The notes under the pieces were generated by a model that ran no database searches, had not been told where the DNA came from, and saw nothing but the letters and a program-made list of their open reading frames with translations. From Fonticula alba ATCC 38817 (taxonomy: Eukaryota; Protista; Nucleariida), in the NCBI GenBank assembly GCA_000388065.2, contig KB932203.1: a DNA stretch of 64,000 nucleotides. One strand, 5' to 3'. Each line of letters opens with the position of its first letter. Positions within the stretch are counted from its first letter, which is position 1. Shown one piece after another: positions 41,562 to 54,171 of this stretch. A program made the translations under genes and the position numbers.

Positions 41562-42603
41562 CTACTTCGAGAGACCCGGGCTGCCAAGGGGTGATCCGGG
41601 AACCGAAGACCCGGCCGCGCTGCTGCCCAGCCCACCAGTCGGCGAGGAAGGCGACGCCAGCGAGCTGGATCCCGCAGACAGACCACCCCCGGTGGGAGAA
41701 CCGATCGGAGCCGACACCGACAGGGAAGACCCCAGCCCGCCGACCGCAGCCGACGAGGGAGACAGCGGAGCATCCGCCGCCGGAGCAGGCGCGGCACCGG
41801 GGGCCGAGCGCGCACCCAGCGGCGACACACCGGCCGGGCTGCTGGCCGCCGCCGCGCGCGCCCGCATAGCACGAACCTGAGCCTCGAGGGCACGCGCCTT
41901 GGCCGCGGCAGCCTCGGCCTCCAGCCGGGCCAGCTCGGCCTCCGCCTCGGCGGCCATGGCCTCGGCATCGGCGGCGGCCGAATCGTCACCACCCACGGTG
42001 GACAGACGCGACAGAGCCTCCGCATCTGCCGCCAGCGGTGAGACGGTGGCCGTGCTGGCCGTCAAGGAAGGGAGCCCAGTCGGCAAGCCGGCGCCTTCGG
42101 AAGCCGGTGCCACGGCCGTATCGCCCGCCGGGGTGTGCGCGCCAAAGCCAGACGGATGCATGGGCGAGGAGGAGGCGGCCGGGGCACTAGGGGCGGCGGC
42201 CCGGTTGGCGTCAGCCGCAGCCGCAGCCGCGGCCGCGGCCGCAGCCGCCGGCGAAGGGAGACCCATAGCAGGCGCCCCGAATTGGGTAAGATGTCCTTGG
42301 GCAGCAGCCGCGGCCACGGCGGCCGCCGCCGCCGCCGAGTGCAGATCATGCCCCGAGGCCCCGGCCCCATGGAGAGTGGCATGCAGGTGGTGCGGATGCT
42401 GCAGGTATTGGTAGGCGGCATGCAGATGCGGATGATGCAGCGTGTGAGACAGGGCCGCCAGCGCGTGCGGATTCCCGGCATGGATGTGCCCATGGGCGGC
42501 AGCCACCGCGGCCGCAAGCTGGTGGCTGTGCAGGGCGGCCGCCGTGGCCGCCGGGGTCGAAGGGTGTGCCGGGCTCATGCCAGTCAGATCGCTAAAGAGC
42601 TGC

Positions 42604-42635
<32 letters not shown>

Positions 42636-44382
42636 GACAGCATGGGCCGCCTGGGCCTGGACTGCCTGTGCGGCCTGGGCCGCCTGCGTGGCACTGGTAG
42701 CAATGGGCGTCGGCGTGCTCGGCACATACTGAGAGGACTTGAAGAGGTCGGTGCTGGATGTCGCGGTGGTGCCGATGCCGCCGATGCCGCGGATGCCGGT
42801 GTCGCTGGTGATGTCGGCACCGCTCGGGGTGCTGGACGCCAGCATATTTTGGGAGATGTTGGCCGTGGCAATGGCCGCCGCAGCGGCCGCCGCCGCCGTG
42901 GCCTCCGGATCCGATGGGCCATCGTCGCCATCCTCAGCGGCCACCACCTCGCAGGTGGACACCACGGCCACGGAATCGGTGGTCGTGGCATTGGCCTGGT
43001 TCTTCATGTCAGCCAGGGCGGCAGTCCTGGGCGAGGTGGGCCCCTGGCTGCCAATCAGATGGGCGAAGGCCGCCGAAGCCAGCAGCGTATTCCCCTCGCT
43101 GCTGGTGATGTCCAACAGCCGCTCCGGGAGGGTGTTCATCTGGGCCCCGGTGACGGTGGTCGCACCGGGAGTCGGGGTCGTCCCATCACCAGAGCCAGAG
43201 CCATCGCCACTGGCAGTGGTGGTGTTGACCACGGTCAGGCCGGCGGCCATGGCCGCATCGGCCAGGGAGTAGGCCGTCACACCGCCCATGAAGCGGATGG
43301 TGATGCGGCCGGTCCGGCGAGACAACTCCTCGGCCGTCTCGCCGACCTCCGCATTGAAGTAGTCGCCGGGGATGCCGCCGCGAACGGACGGCGCGCGGTA
43401 AACACCGGCATCCGGCATGAATTCCAGCAGCACCGGAGGGACAATGCGCATGGCACCGAGGGCATTCGGGCCATGGCCGGTCTTCCGGTGCCAATCCGTG
43501 CCGAAGATGCCGCCCAGGCGGCGGAGGTTGCGCACGATGATCGAGCACTGGGTCGGATCGCGGCTGCTGGGGGTCTGGGTGCTGTGTGTGGTCTCCGGCG
43601 AGGCGAACTCATGGAAAAGCCGGCAGAAGAGCCAGAAGTCCGCGCCGTTGAAAACACAACGGCGCATGCCGCGCGCACCGCCACCACCACCCGGGGCACT
43701 CGGCGGAGGGGCGGCCCGGCCGGACGTGGTGTATGCGAAGGATGACACCAGGACCCGGTTCTGCACGTAGGACCAGACCCGGTTGCGGAGCTCGTTGCAC
43801 TGGTGCAGGCGCCACTTGCTCAGCGGGGGGTGCGGCGGGGATGTCGGGTCCAGGATCTCGGGGTTCATGATGCCCATGGGCTCGTAGCTGAATGCGGGCT
43901 CGGGGCCAAGATGATCCTGGAGGCTGCCGACGTGAGTGACCCTGTGGCGCAACATCGGCCCAAGGGAGGGGGGGTGGAGAGGGGGAGGGAGAGAGGGAGG
44001 GAGGGAGGGAGATGGGCAGGGAACAGGGGGATCGCCATGGTTGGGGCGGTTAGGGTGAAACAGGCATGACTGTGTGGGCAGGGCAGCACGGGAGGAAGGA
44101 CCAAGGATGAAGGCGTACATGGCAGCGATCTCGTGGGAGGGCATGCGAGAGTAGGCGGCGGCCTTGCTGCTGGCCGGGGACATGCCACTGGGCGGCTCGC
44201 GGTAGATGCCGTAACGGGGACCGGTGCCCGGGGCGGCGGCCTCGGCGGAGCCCGGAGGATAGGCGCCAGGCTGACTGTTGATATCGACCAGGGCCGCGTT
44301 GGCAGTGGCATCTGAGCAACGGGTAGGAAGAGAAGAGGTCAGCGGGACCAATGAGGCAAAGCGAGAAGGCGAGAAAGAGATA

Positions 44383-44433
<51 letters not shown>

Positions 44434-44508
44434 AGGGAGAGAGGGAGAGAAAGCAAAAGAGAGAAAGCGAGAAAGCAAAAGAGAGAAAGCGAGAAAGCAA
44501 AAGAGAGA

Positions 44509-44557
<49 letters not shown>

Positions 44558-44651
44558 GCACCACCGCTGGTCGAGGCAGGAGATGGCGAGGCCGGGGCCA
44601 CCGGGTATCCGGCCAGGGCCTGTTGCTGCGGCTGCTGCGGCTGCTGCTGCG

Positions 44652-44688
<37 letters not shown>

Positions 44689-45107
44689 CGGGCTGAAGAG
44701 CATCGAACCAGCACCAGACTGGTGCACCAGCGGCGAGTAGTCCGCGTGGTGCTCGGTGTGCGACATCTTGTTGGGGAAGTCCGCCGGGGAGCCCTGCGGT
44801 CCGGAGGCAAGGAGAGGCATGCAGGGCGACAGCTGAGTAAGGGGAAGGAGGCACATGTGGTGGCGCCAAAAAGCGAGGCAGCGTCGGGGGGAGGAAAGGG
44901 GGGCGGGAGAGAAGTCACGGGGCGCACCTCCGGCGGAGAAGTGGAGTACATGGAGCGACGGCGCCGGCGGCTGGCATTGTAAGGCACATAGCTGGCGGAG
45001 AAATCGGCACCAATGGCACGGAGGATGTCATCCGGCGGGGCGCCGGTGGGGGTCTGCCCGCTCATGGCTGATGGGGTATGACTGTCTGAGTTGAGTGTCG
45101 GATTCAT
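41562..45107 (-). CDS. Uncharacterised protein, about 994 aa, with poly-Q/poly-A/His-rich regions and a central globular segment (transcription-factor-like)
   Basis: Exons 45107-44928, 44793-44562, 44311-44119 and 43941-41562 sum to 2985 nt in frame, with genome-typical donors GTGCGC, GTGCGT and GTACGC. A basic RRRRRS stretch lies near the N-terminus and there are two poly-Q tracts. A complex aromatic-rich segment spans about 43830-43250. Confidence 0.8.
44447..44512 (+). repeat. Three perfect copies of a 22-bp minisatellite (GAGAAAGCAAAAGAGAGAAAGC) embedded in (GA)n within intron 2 of the orphan gene
   Basis: Units at 44447, 44469 and 44491. Confidence 0.9.
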
Positions 45108-47286
45108 AAAGGAAGTGACCCTGGGGGAAGGACGTGGGGGGGGGGGAGGAATAGCCAAGGGGGACCGAGAGGGAGGTAGAGGTAGAGGGAAAGGGGTGAG
45201 GGGGTGAGGAGGATGAGGAGGGTGAGGAGGGTGGGCAAGTATACGAGTGGGCGAGTGGGCGAGTGAGCGAGTGGGCGAGCGGCGGGCGATAGAGGAGGGG
45301 CAGGCGGTGGGATGAGGGAGGCAGGGGGGCGGCGAATTACCAGAGGGAGGGGGGAAGCTTGCGCGATGATTTCTCTCTCGCTTGCTAGAGGGGGGTGGAG
45401 AGATGTGAAATCCATTGGGGTACTGGGCGGTGGCCGAAAAAAACATAGATCAACACAATCACTGGATGCCAAAAGGGAAGGAAACCCGGACACGGGGTCA
45501 CCGACATTGAGTCCGCCACCTACCGAACCATAGACAGATGATGATGACAGCCGGTGTCACGGGGCACCGGCAAAGTGGTAACGAGAGATACGTTCCAGGC
45601 GGGGGAACGCGCGGGACGACACCCAAGGACGCCCGCGGGAGCCTTTCCCCGGCGGGTGGAACCCAGGGGCTCGGAGACTGTGGGGCCGGGAGGAGCGGCG
45701 ACAGAGCACGCCTCTCGCGGCGGGGCTCGTGGGGCGCTCGGGTTCCGGGTGCTGTTGACGCACGCACATGGGCGGCTGGTGCGTGACACGTCAGAGTGGA
45801 CTCCCCCATGGGGGGGGGGGGGGGGGGGAACGGAGCTCCTGGCTCCCACCAACACCCGGGCTGCAGGGGACCTTGGCGAGACCCCCAACCGGGCAGGCAG
45901 CACCGCGCAGGCCGGCTCCCCTCGCCGCGGGTGCGGGTGCCGCGGTGTGGCGCGGACCACGGGAGACCTCGTACGAGACCGGAACAGGGAGGAGGAAACG
46001 CCGCGAGTCTCGAAGCACCAACATGCAGAGAGGCTCTCACAGTCTTGGTCTTCTCCGGACCCCGGCGTCCCCCCTCCCGCCCGATCCCCGTTCGGGCGGG
46101 AGAGTGGCCGGGAATTTGCGCGCCTATTCATGGTTGGAGCCGCACGCGCGCGCGCGCGGCCCGGCGAAAGGCGGGAACACACTCTCACAGGCAGAAAAAT
46201 TGCCCGCCCAACTGGGCCCCAAGAATCTGTTCCCGTGAGGCCGGTGGACACCCAACCAGGCAGTTGCGCAGGACCCCCCCCCCCCGGGGGGGCGAGGGGG
46301 GAGAGACGGCGCGGGAGGGGGCGAGGCGGGGGCGAGAAAGCTGATGCTCGGCACGAAGGCGCGCGCACACTGGGGATATGCATGAGCACGGGAGGGGCGG
46401 GGGGGGGGGGGAGGGGTGCTTGGTGTCGCCCCTCCCCCGCGGGCTGGGCCCACTCCGGCCGGGCAGGGCCCCCTCCCTGACGAGGGGGAAGGCACAAGCG
46501 CGCCAGAAGCCCGAAGTTGGTGGAGGAGCGAAAAAGCCCGCGCGAAAAGAGCCCCCCCCGGTTCGGGGGAGGTTTGGCGCGCGAGTGTGCATCCGGCGGG
46601 TGGTGACCACGTAATGACATTATGACTCAGTGATATTCCAGGAGGGTGTGATGCCTGTTTCTCGCGTGACCCGGGCGCTGCAAGAAACTAGAAGCGCGGG
46701 GTGCTGGGACAACCGGACGACCGCCGGGAGTGCGCGGGGTGGACCCATTGCCCCCCCCCCCCCGTCCTTGCTGGGAAGGAGTCAGTGCGGCACGATCATC
46801 TTCACCCGACCCCTCTCGTGGCAAGTGCGGGGCCCACTCGGTCCGTGACTAGTTCATGAGCTACACGTACCGCTGCCGGCGCCGGGTCTCGGCGTCCCTG
46901 CCGGGGGATGTCTCGACTGCGCAGATGGGCTGGCGACGCGCGCGCGTGCGTGCCGATGCACGAACACCACCAACGACTTCCAGGGACGATGGTCGATCAC
47001 CCCCGACACAACACGACATATGCCTGCGTATTGGGGGGGGGGGAGGAGCCGGAGACCGGAGGGGGCAACAAATCGGGAATAATTAAAGCTGCTAGTTTAT
47101 CTGCCACAGCTGGGAAATGCGCTTCCGCAAGGGCTGGTTCCTCGGGGGGCGTGCCGTGCGATTGCGTGCCCTTCCCCTGGGGGGCGGGGGGGGGGAAGTG
47201 CGCGCTGCCGGGCGTCCCCTGCTCCTGACCGGACTGCCGAGGCGCCTGACACGGGCCTGGGTGTTTGGGAATGTCCCACACACATG

Positions 47287-47421
47287 NNNNNNNNNNNNNN
47301 NNNNNNNNNNNNNNNNNNNNNNNNNNNNNNNNNNNNNNNNNNNNNNNNNNNNNNNNNNNNNNNNNNNNNNNNNNNNNNNNNNNNNNNNNNNNNNNNNNNN
47401 NNNNNNNNNNNNNNNNNNNNN
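47287..47421. other. Assembly gap (135 N)
   Basis: N run, with a C run on the right. Confidence 1.
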
Positions 47422-48118
47422 CCCCCCCATATTGGCGCCGGTAACAGGGCCCCACGCCCGCCAGGAAAGCGGGCCATATCATCCGTCGGGCTATTTTCAT
47501 GCCGGCGCCCGGGCCACACACCCAGGGGCTTCCGAGAGCCCGGGTCGCCGGCACCAACCGCGGGCCCCGGCAATCGTCCGCCCAAACCCCTCGCGGAGTG
47601 GCTCACCAGGCCGGTCCTAATCCGGTGGGCATGTGAAAGTACCGGCCTGGTGGCCAGGTCCGCCGACAAACACCGGGCGGCGGCCGCCCTGGCGCGTGTG
47701 TGTGTGTGTATGTGTGTGTATGTGCGCTTGTACGCATCCATTTCGGCGGTCGGTGTTCCCGGCTGCTGCGTGCGCGGGTGTCGTGTTTGCATACTCCGTG
47801 CCGGGTCCCCTCCTGCATCGATCTCGGCCCCGAGGGGGGACCGCCCGGGTCCTGAGGTCTGGCACATGGATATGCCCCTCGTATCCCTTGCAGCTGGGCT
47901 GATCTCCCTGCCCGTCCTAGCCGGCCCCCCCCCCCACCAGACGCTGAAGCGGGGTCTCCGCCCTGGGCGGTGCCCATCTCCGTGGCGGACTTCCTTGCTC
48001 CCGCGCCGAGTCCCGTCCGGACCGGTGGGCCCAGTGTGGCCACGTCCGTGTGACGCCCCTCCGCCTTGTTTCCCCTCCTGCCAGGGGTCAGCAGGGTGGA
48101 AGCGAGTGTTGGTGGGTG

Positions 48119-48145
48119 CCCCCCCCCCCCCCCCCCCCCCCCCCC

Positions 48146-48177
<32 letters not shown>
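48119..48177 (+). repeat. C27-T-C31 tract about 140 bp upstream of the ACAD ATG
   Basis: Directly visible. Confidence 0.85.
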
Positions 48178-48314
48178 ACCCCCCGTGCGGGAGCCACTCC
48201 TCCCCCACCGCCCCCCAACACCCCCGTGTCACTGGGGCGCCACTCGGCGCCCGCGAGCAACTGGCCCGAGGTCACTTTCTCTTTTCCCTTCCCCCCCTCC
48301 CCTTTCCTTTCGCC

Positions 48315-51081
48315 ATGCTTCGCAACATTTCGTCCCACGCCCTGCGCGTCGCCGCTGCGGCCCCGTCCTCCGCCCTTCTGCGTGCTGCGGCTCCCTGCGC
48401 CGTCCGCAGCTACTCCAATTCCAGTAGCCGCACCACCGAGGCCGCTGCTGCCCCGCTTCCGGAGATTGTGCCCTTCGTGTGCGTGTTTCTCTCTCCCTCT
48501 CTCCCTTTGTCTCTCCCCCCCTCTCCTCTTCCCTTCCGTCTCACACCACCCCTCTGCCATTGGCCACGCAAACACAACCACTCACTTCGTCTCTTGTGCC
48601 TCCGTCCCCCTCCCCCTCCCCCCTCCCCTTCTTGCCTCCCAGTGAGCGCCCGAGCTTCCTGCGCACCATCTACTCGCGCTCCGCGCTGAACACCTCCCAT
48701 GTGTTCCCCTACCCCTCTGAGGTGCCGGAGGAGGCGCGCGAGACCCTGAGCCTGATGCTCGACCCGATCGCGCGCTTCTTCGCCGAGGTCAACAACCCGG
48801 CCAAGAACGACGAGACCTCCTCCATTCCCAAGGAGGTGATGGAGGGCATGGCCGAGCTTGGTCTCTACGGTATCCAGGTCCCCACCGAGCAGGGTGGTGT
48901 CGGCCTGCCGAACCTCGGTTATGCTCGCCTTGTCGAGGTGTGTCCTCCCCCCCGCTCCCCCCCCCCCGTTGATGTCGCCCTTCTGCCCGTCTGACACCCT
49001 CCCTTCCCCCCTGGCCCTCCCTCTTCCCGTGCGCCCGCAAAACTCCGCGGGGGTACCGACCTCGGTCTGGGCATCCACCTCGGTGCTCACCAGTCCATCG
49101 GCTTCAAGGGTATCCTTCTGGCCGGAAACCAGGCCCAGAAGGACAAGTACCTGCCGGACCTGGCCTCTGGCAAGACTGTTGCCGCCTTCTGCCTGACTGA
49201 GCCCAGGTACATGCTTTCTTTCCCTCCCTCCCTCCCTCCCTCCCTCTCTCTCTCCCTCCATGCCGATCACCGTCTCTGACTATCTTCCCCCTTCCTCCGC
49301 CCAGCGCCGGTTCCGATGCCAACTCGGTCCGCTGCAATGCCACCCTCTCCGAGGACGGCAAGCACTGGATCCTGAACGGCGAGAAGATCTGGATTTCCAA
49401 CGGTGGCCTGGCCGACGTGTTCACCGTCTTCGCGCAGACCCCTGTGGCCGACCCGACCACCGGCGCCACCAAGAACCGCGTCACCGCCTTCATCGTGGAG
49501 CGCTCCTTCGGCGGCATTACCCACGGCCCGCCCGAGCGCAAGATGGGTATCCGCTGCTCCAACACCACCACCCTGCGTTTCGACAACACCAAGATCCCGG
49601 TCGAGAATGTCCTCGGCCAGGTTGGTTCCGGCTTCAAGGTTGCCATGGAGATCCTGAACAACGGCCGCTTCGGCATGGGCGCCGCGCTGACCGGCTGCAT
49701 GAAGCAGGTCATTGCCATTGCCACCGACCACGCCAACAAGTGCGTCCGCCGCATTCTCTTCGCTGCCATCGCCCCCCGGGGAGGCCCTTTTCCCGCTGGC
49801 CTACTCTGCTTCTCTCTCTCTCTCTGACCCTTTCCCCTTGCATCCCTATCTTTCTCCTTCGCCCCTCACCCTCATCCGCTGGTAACCCGCACATCCACCC
49901 TCACCTTTACCGGTCTACCGGCTCGCCCTCCCGCGCGTGCCCACATGTGCATCTGTCTCCACACACATGCAGCCGTACCCAGTTCGGCGATCACATCAAG
50001 AACTATGGTCTCATCCAGGAGAAGATCGCCATGATGAACATGCAGTGCTACGCCGCCGAGTCGGTGGCCTACCTCCTGGCGTCCAACATGGATCGCGGCA
50101 TCAAGGATTACCAGCTGGAGGCTGCCGTGTCCAAGATCTTCGCTTCCGAGGCCGCCTGGCATGTCACCGATGAGGCCATCCAGATCCTTGGTGGTCTGGG
50201 CTTCATGCAGGGTATGTGCCTTCGTGTCATCTGCCCCCCTCCCCGCCCCTCCTCGGTCTCCTCGGTCTCTCCCTGCCCCGCTTTCCCCTCCCGGCGCAGG
50301 CCCCACTCACACTCCTCCCCCTCCTCCAGACCTGCCCCTCGAGCGCATCCTCCGTGACCTGCGCATCTTCCGCATCTTCGAGGGCACCAATGACATCCTG
50401 CGTCTGTTCATCGCCCTGAACGGTGTCAAGTCCTCCTCGGAGACTCCTCTGGTGTCCAGCCTCAAGTCCGGCTCCAAGGCCCTCAAGGACCCGGCCTTCT
50501 ACGGGCAGGCTCTCGGTGCGGCGGCCCGGCTGGTGCGCTTCGGCGTTGGCTACAACCCTGCCACCAGCGGCGGCCTGGCCCTGCAGTCGGAGGACCTGGC
50601 GGTGGACACCACCAAGTTCAAGGCCACCGACGTTCCCGTGGTCAGCCTCAAGGAGGAGGCCGACCTGGTCGAGGCCCAGGCCATCCGTCTGGGTGATGTG
50701 GCCGAGATGCTGGTCCTTGGGTATAAGAGCAAGATCATGAACAAGCAGCTGGAGCTCCGCCGCCTGGCCGATGTCACCATCAACATCTATGCCGCGGCGG
50801 CGGTGATCTCCCGCGCGTCGGCCTCCGTCAAGGCGGTCAACCGCAACCCCGAGGCCTCGCTGTCCGACCTGACCCGCGTGTCGGAGGAGCTTCGCCTGGC
50901 TCGCGCCTTCCTGACCCATGCCACCTCCACCAACGACACCATCCTCCGTCAGCTGGAGCGCCCGATGGCTTCCATCCTCCTGTCTGGCCGCTCGACCACC
51001 TTCGACAGCGACATCAAGCACATCTCGGACCACTCCTGCCGCAAGGGCGGCTACTTCCCCACCCACCCGATGGGTCTGTAA
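48315..51081 (+). CDS. ACADVL: Mitochondrial very-long-chain/ACAD9-type acyl-CoA dehydrogenase, about 682 aa
   Basis: Arg/Ser/Ala-rich presequence. Motifs: [87 protein letters not shown] (catalytic Glu), plus a VLCAD-type C-terminal extension. Exons 48315-48478, 48643-48937, about 49043-49206, 49305-49739, 49973-50211 and 50330-51081. ACADVL versus ACAD9 is judged by eye. Confidence 0.92.
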
Positions 51082-51519
51082 GTAGAGCCCGCCCGGTGGT
51101 GTGGTGTGCGGCGCGCATCTGTGTCTGTGCCCGTGTCCACTTCCTTTCCCCTGTCTCGCTGGCGTGCGTGCGCGCGCGCGGGGGCCCCCTGCGCCTGGCG
51201 GCGTATGGCCCTTCTTCCCCTTCCCCCTCTCTTCCCATCACACGGCACGTGTGCGATCGCTCCGCCTACTTCCCCCTCCCTCGTGGCAATAGATATCTCC
51301 TCCTCCTCCCCTCTCCCCTCCAGGCATAGTTGTCCAAGTATGTGTATATGTACGTGTGTATGTGGGCACGAAGGCATGGGCGTGATTGTATGCATGGCAG
51401 TTAGCCTATATCTATTCTCAAGGGCAGGGTGTGTCTTTTTTCTTTTTTCCCTTCCGGCTCGAGGTGTGACCGGAGGGGGGGGGGGGGGAGAGCGAGGAGG
51501 AGGGACCCGGGGAGAATGC

Positions 51520-51906
51520 CTACCAGGTGTGTTCGTTAGAGCCAACGGAGGAGGAGGGTGATGTTGGGCCATGGGAGAGGCGACTGGAGGACCGGCTGCG
51601 CGAGGGCACGGGGATGGGCTCAGCATCGCAGGCGACTCCGGTATCCGGACGACAGGTCTCCGAACGCCCGGGGCAGTGGGGATTGGCACACACGGCCGGG
51701 TCGACCGGATGGGCTGGATGTCCTGTGTCGACTACCAGCGAGCCGGAGGAATGGCTCCTCTCGGTCGTCAGAGGGGCATACGAACTCCGGGAGTCGGGAC
51801 CCTGCTCAGCTGGGCGCCGGTTGAAGACCCGCTGGCCAATCCAGCGGGCCATGCGTGTCGGCCACAGAGGTCGAGTTGTGATGCGATCCAGACGGAGCCG
51901 ATGCTG

Positions 51907-51949
<43 letters not shown>

Positions 51950-53672
51950 CAGGGAGAGAAAGGGAAAGAGAGGGAGAAAAAGCGTCCGGTGGCGACAGGG
52001 GCGAGGAGGCAGGGCAGGGCCGATGTCGCGAGGACGGGTTTTCCGAGCAAAGCGCGAGCACTTTCGGCATGCGCCTGAACCCCCCCCCCCGCCGCCCCCG
52101 AGGAAAGGCCAGGCACACGGGCTGTAACGCACACTCTTGTCAAAGAGGGTCATTGCCACGGCGGTCACAGCGCCAGTGACCGAGAGCATGGTCGAGGCGG
52201 TCATCAAGAACATGATAACCTGCTGGTAGCGCGCGGCGTTCATCGGGTCGGCGCCGGCGAGGATCTGGCCAGTCATCTGGGAGGGGCGCAAAGCAGAAGG
52301 ATCGGATGGGTCAGGAGCATGTGGGCAGGCTGTTTTGATGGTGGTGGCGTGTGTAGAAAGGGGGATGGAGAGAGAGGGAGGCAGGGATGCGAATCTACCG
52401 ACGCACCGTCCCTGGGATGGAGATCAGTCCCATGACGCTCATGGCATTGAGAGTTGGTAGCATGGCAATGCGCAGGGCAGCCACCACCAGTGGCTGGGCA
52501 GTCTCCCAGCGGGAAGCCCCAAGGGCCAGATGCCACTCAAGGCGCTGGCGATCCTTCTCCGCCGAATCCAAGACGTGGTGGACGCCAAGAGCCACGGCAG
52601 CCATGGAGTTGCCGACCATCATGCCGACGGTTGGCACGAAAAGGGCCGGCTCCCAGAAGGGCGATGCCCCGAGCGAGAGAACCGTCCCGAAGATGGAGCA
52701 CGACAGATTCGACAGGACAATGGAGCCGGCCACGATCCAGAACATGTTTTTGATGCGTCGTGGGCCCTTGTTGAATGTGGTCTCCAAGCTGGCCAGAAGC
52801 ATGAGGAGAGCTTCGATCGATGGGGGAGGGTCACAAGGTGGGGGAGGAGGTCAGAGACAGCCGGCATGGCATGTGGCAGCCAGTGTCGAGGAGGGGGATG
52901 CTCCTCTGGATGTGAGCAGTTGCACATACAAGTCAGGCCGAAGACCATGTAAATGTTGTCCTCCTCAAGGACCGGCGTCAGGATGAATCCCATGAGGGTC
53001 AGCTGGAGGGCGCAGCGGATGGCCGAAACAATGACCCCAAAGTGCAGCTTAAGACCAAAGGCGACCGATAGGAGAACTGGCAGGAGGGTGTGAGCAGACC
53101 GGGTGAGCAGCAAGGGATGCGAGAACGTCACCGCAGCATGCGACTGGCAATGGGGCGCACTGTTGATGATGAGGACCGAGGCGGAGATGCCCACGCCGGT
53201 CCAGGTAACGACAACCTCGCCGGAGGGCGGGCAGTTTGGATCCGTGGAGCCTGACGCCGAGAGGGCCGATGAGGCCGAGGAAAGCTGCAAGAGGGATGTT
53301 TCCAGCAGGGCGGGTGCCGGGCCAGGGACGGGCCAGTTGGAGTCGCCAATGGCTCGCCGGCTTCGGGTTTCAGTGACTGCAACCGGGTATGGGTGGCGGA
53401 GGGGGGTCGATGGCAGCGATCGTAAGCATGGGGAGATGGGCAGGATGGGCGGTCAAATGGGCCTTGAACGCACGGACACGGAGGGCATACGAAGCGGAGG
53501 TGGAAATGACTTGGCCATTGAGGGACTTTTCCAGAGGGTCGGCATAGGCCCCGAAGTCGGGGCCCGGGGCGCCTGCAACGACTGCCAGCAGCCATGAGAC
53601 AGCCACAAGCACAGCCGCCACCAGCGCAAGTGCCGTGGCCGGGCTGCCAGTTTTATGCCGAGGGGGAGCCAT
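51520..53672 (-). CDS. UPF0014 (YbbM/FetB/STAR2-like) membrane protein with N-terminal signal-like segment
   Basis: Motifs: IVSAIRCALQLTLMGFIL, PTVGMMVGNSM, LALGASRWETAQP, AMLPTLNAMSVMGLISIPG|MTGQILAGADPMNAARYQQVIMF, FDKS|HRLRLDRI. Exons about 53672-53490 (boundary uncertain), about 53360-53161, 53076-52930, 52810-52407, 52276-52133 and 51903-51520. Confidence 0.88.
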
Positions 53673-53864
53673 CAGAAGGGGGAAGCCGAGAACGGTATCT
53701 CTTGATCTCAATATCTCTCGATCACTTTCGGTCTTTCACTCGCTCACGCTCACTCTCTCTTTCTCTCGCGATATTTCTCGCCTTCGCAATGCCGAAGTTA
53801 CGCCCAGTGCATTGCACTGCCAGCTGTGGGTGGGAAATGAGATAGAGGCCGAGGGGGGGGGGGG

Positions 53865-54171
53865 NNNNNNNNNNNNNNNNNNNNNNNNNNNNNNNNNNNN
53901 NNNNNNNNNNNNNNNNNNNNNNNNNNNNNNNNNNNNNNNNNNNNNNNNNNNNNNNNNNNNNNNNNNNNNNNNNNNNNNNNNNNNNNNNNNNNNNNNNNNN
54001 NNNNNNNNNNNNNNNNNNNNNNNNNNNNNNNNNNNNNNNNNNNNNNNNNNNNNNNNNNNNNNNNNNNNNNNNNNNNNNNNNNNNNNNNNNNNNNNNNNNN
54101 NNNNNNNNNNNNNNNNNNNNNNNNNNNNNNNNNNNNNNNNNNNNNNNNNNNNNNNNNNNNNNNNNNNNNNN
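53865..54171. other. Assembly gap (307 N)
   Basis: N run, with a G run on the left. Confidence 1.

Noticed and set aside
41562-45446. 1294-aa unspliced ORF, and the 536-aa + ORF at 42135-43745
   Set aside because: The long ORF reads through (CT)n introns (LSLSLS...); the spliced 994-aa model fits better. The + ORF is an antisense shadow.
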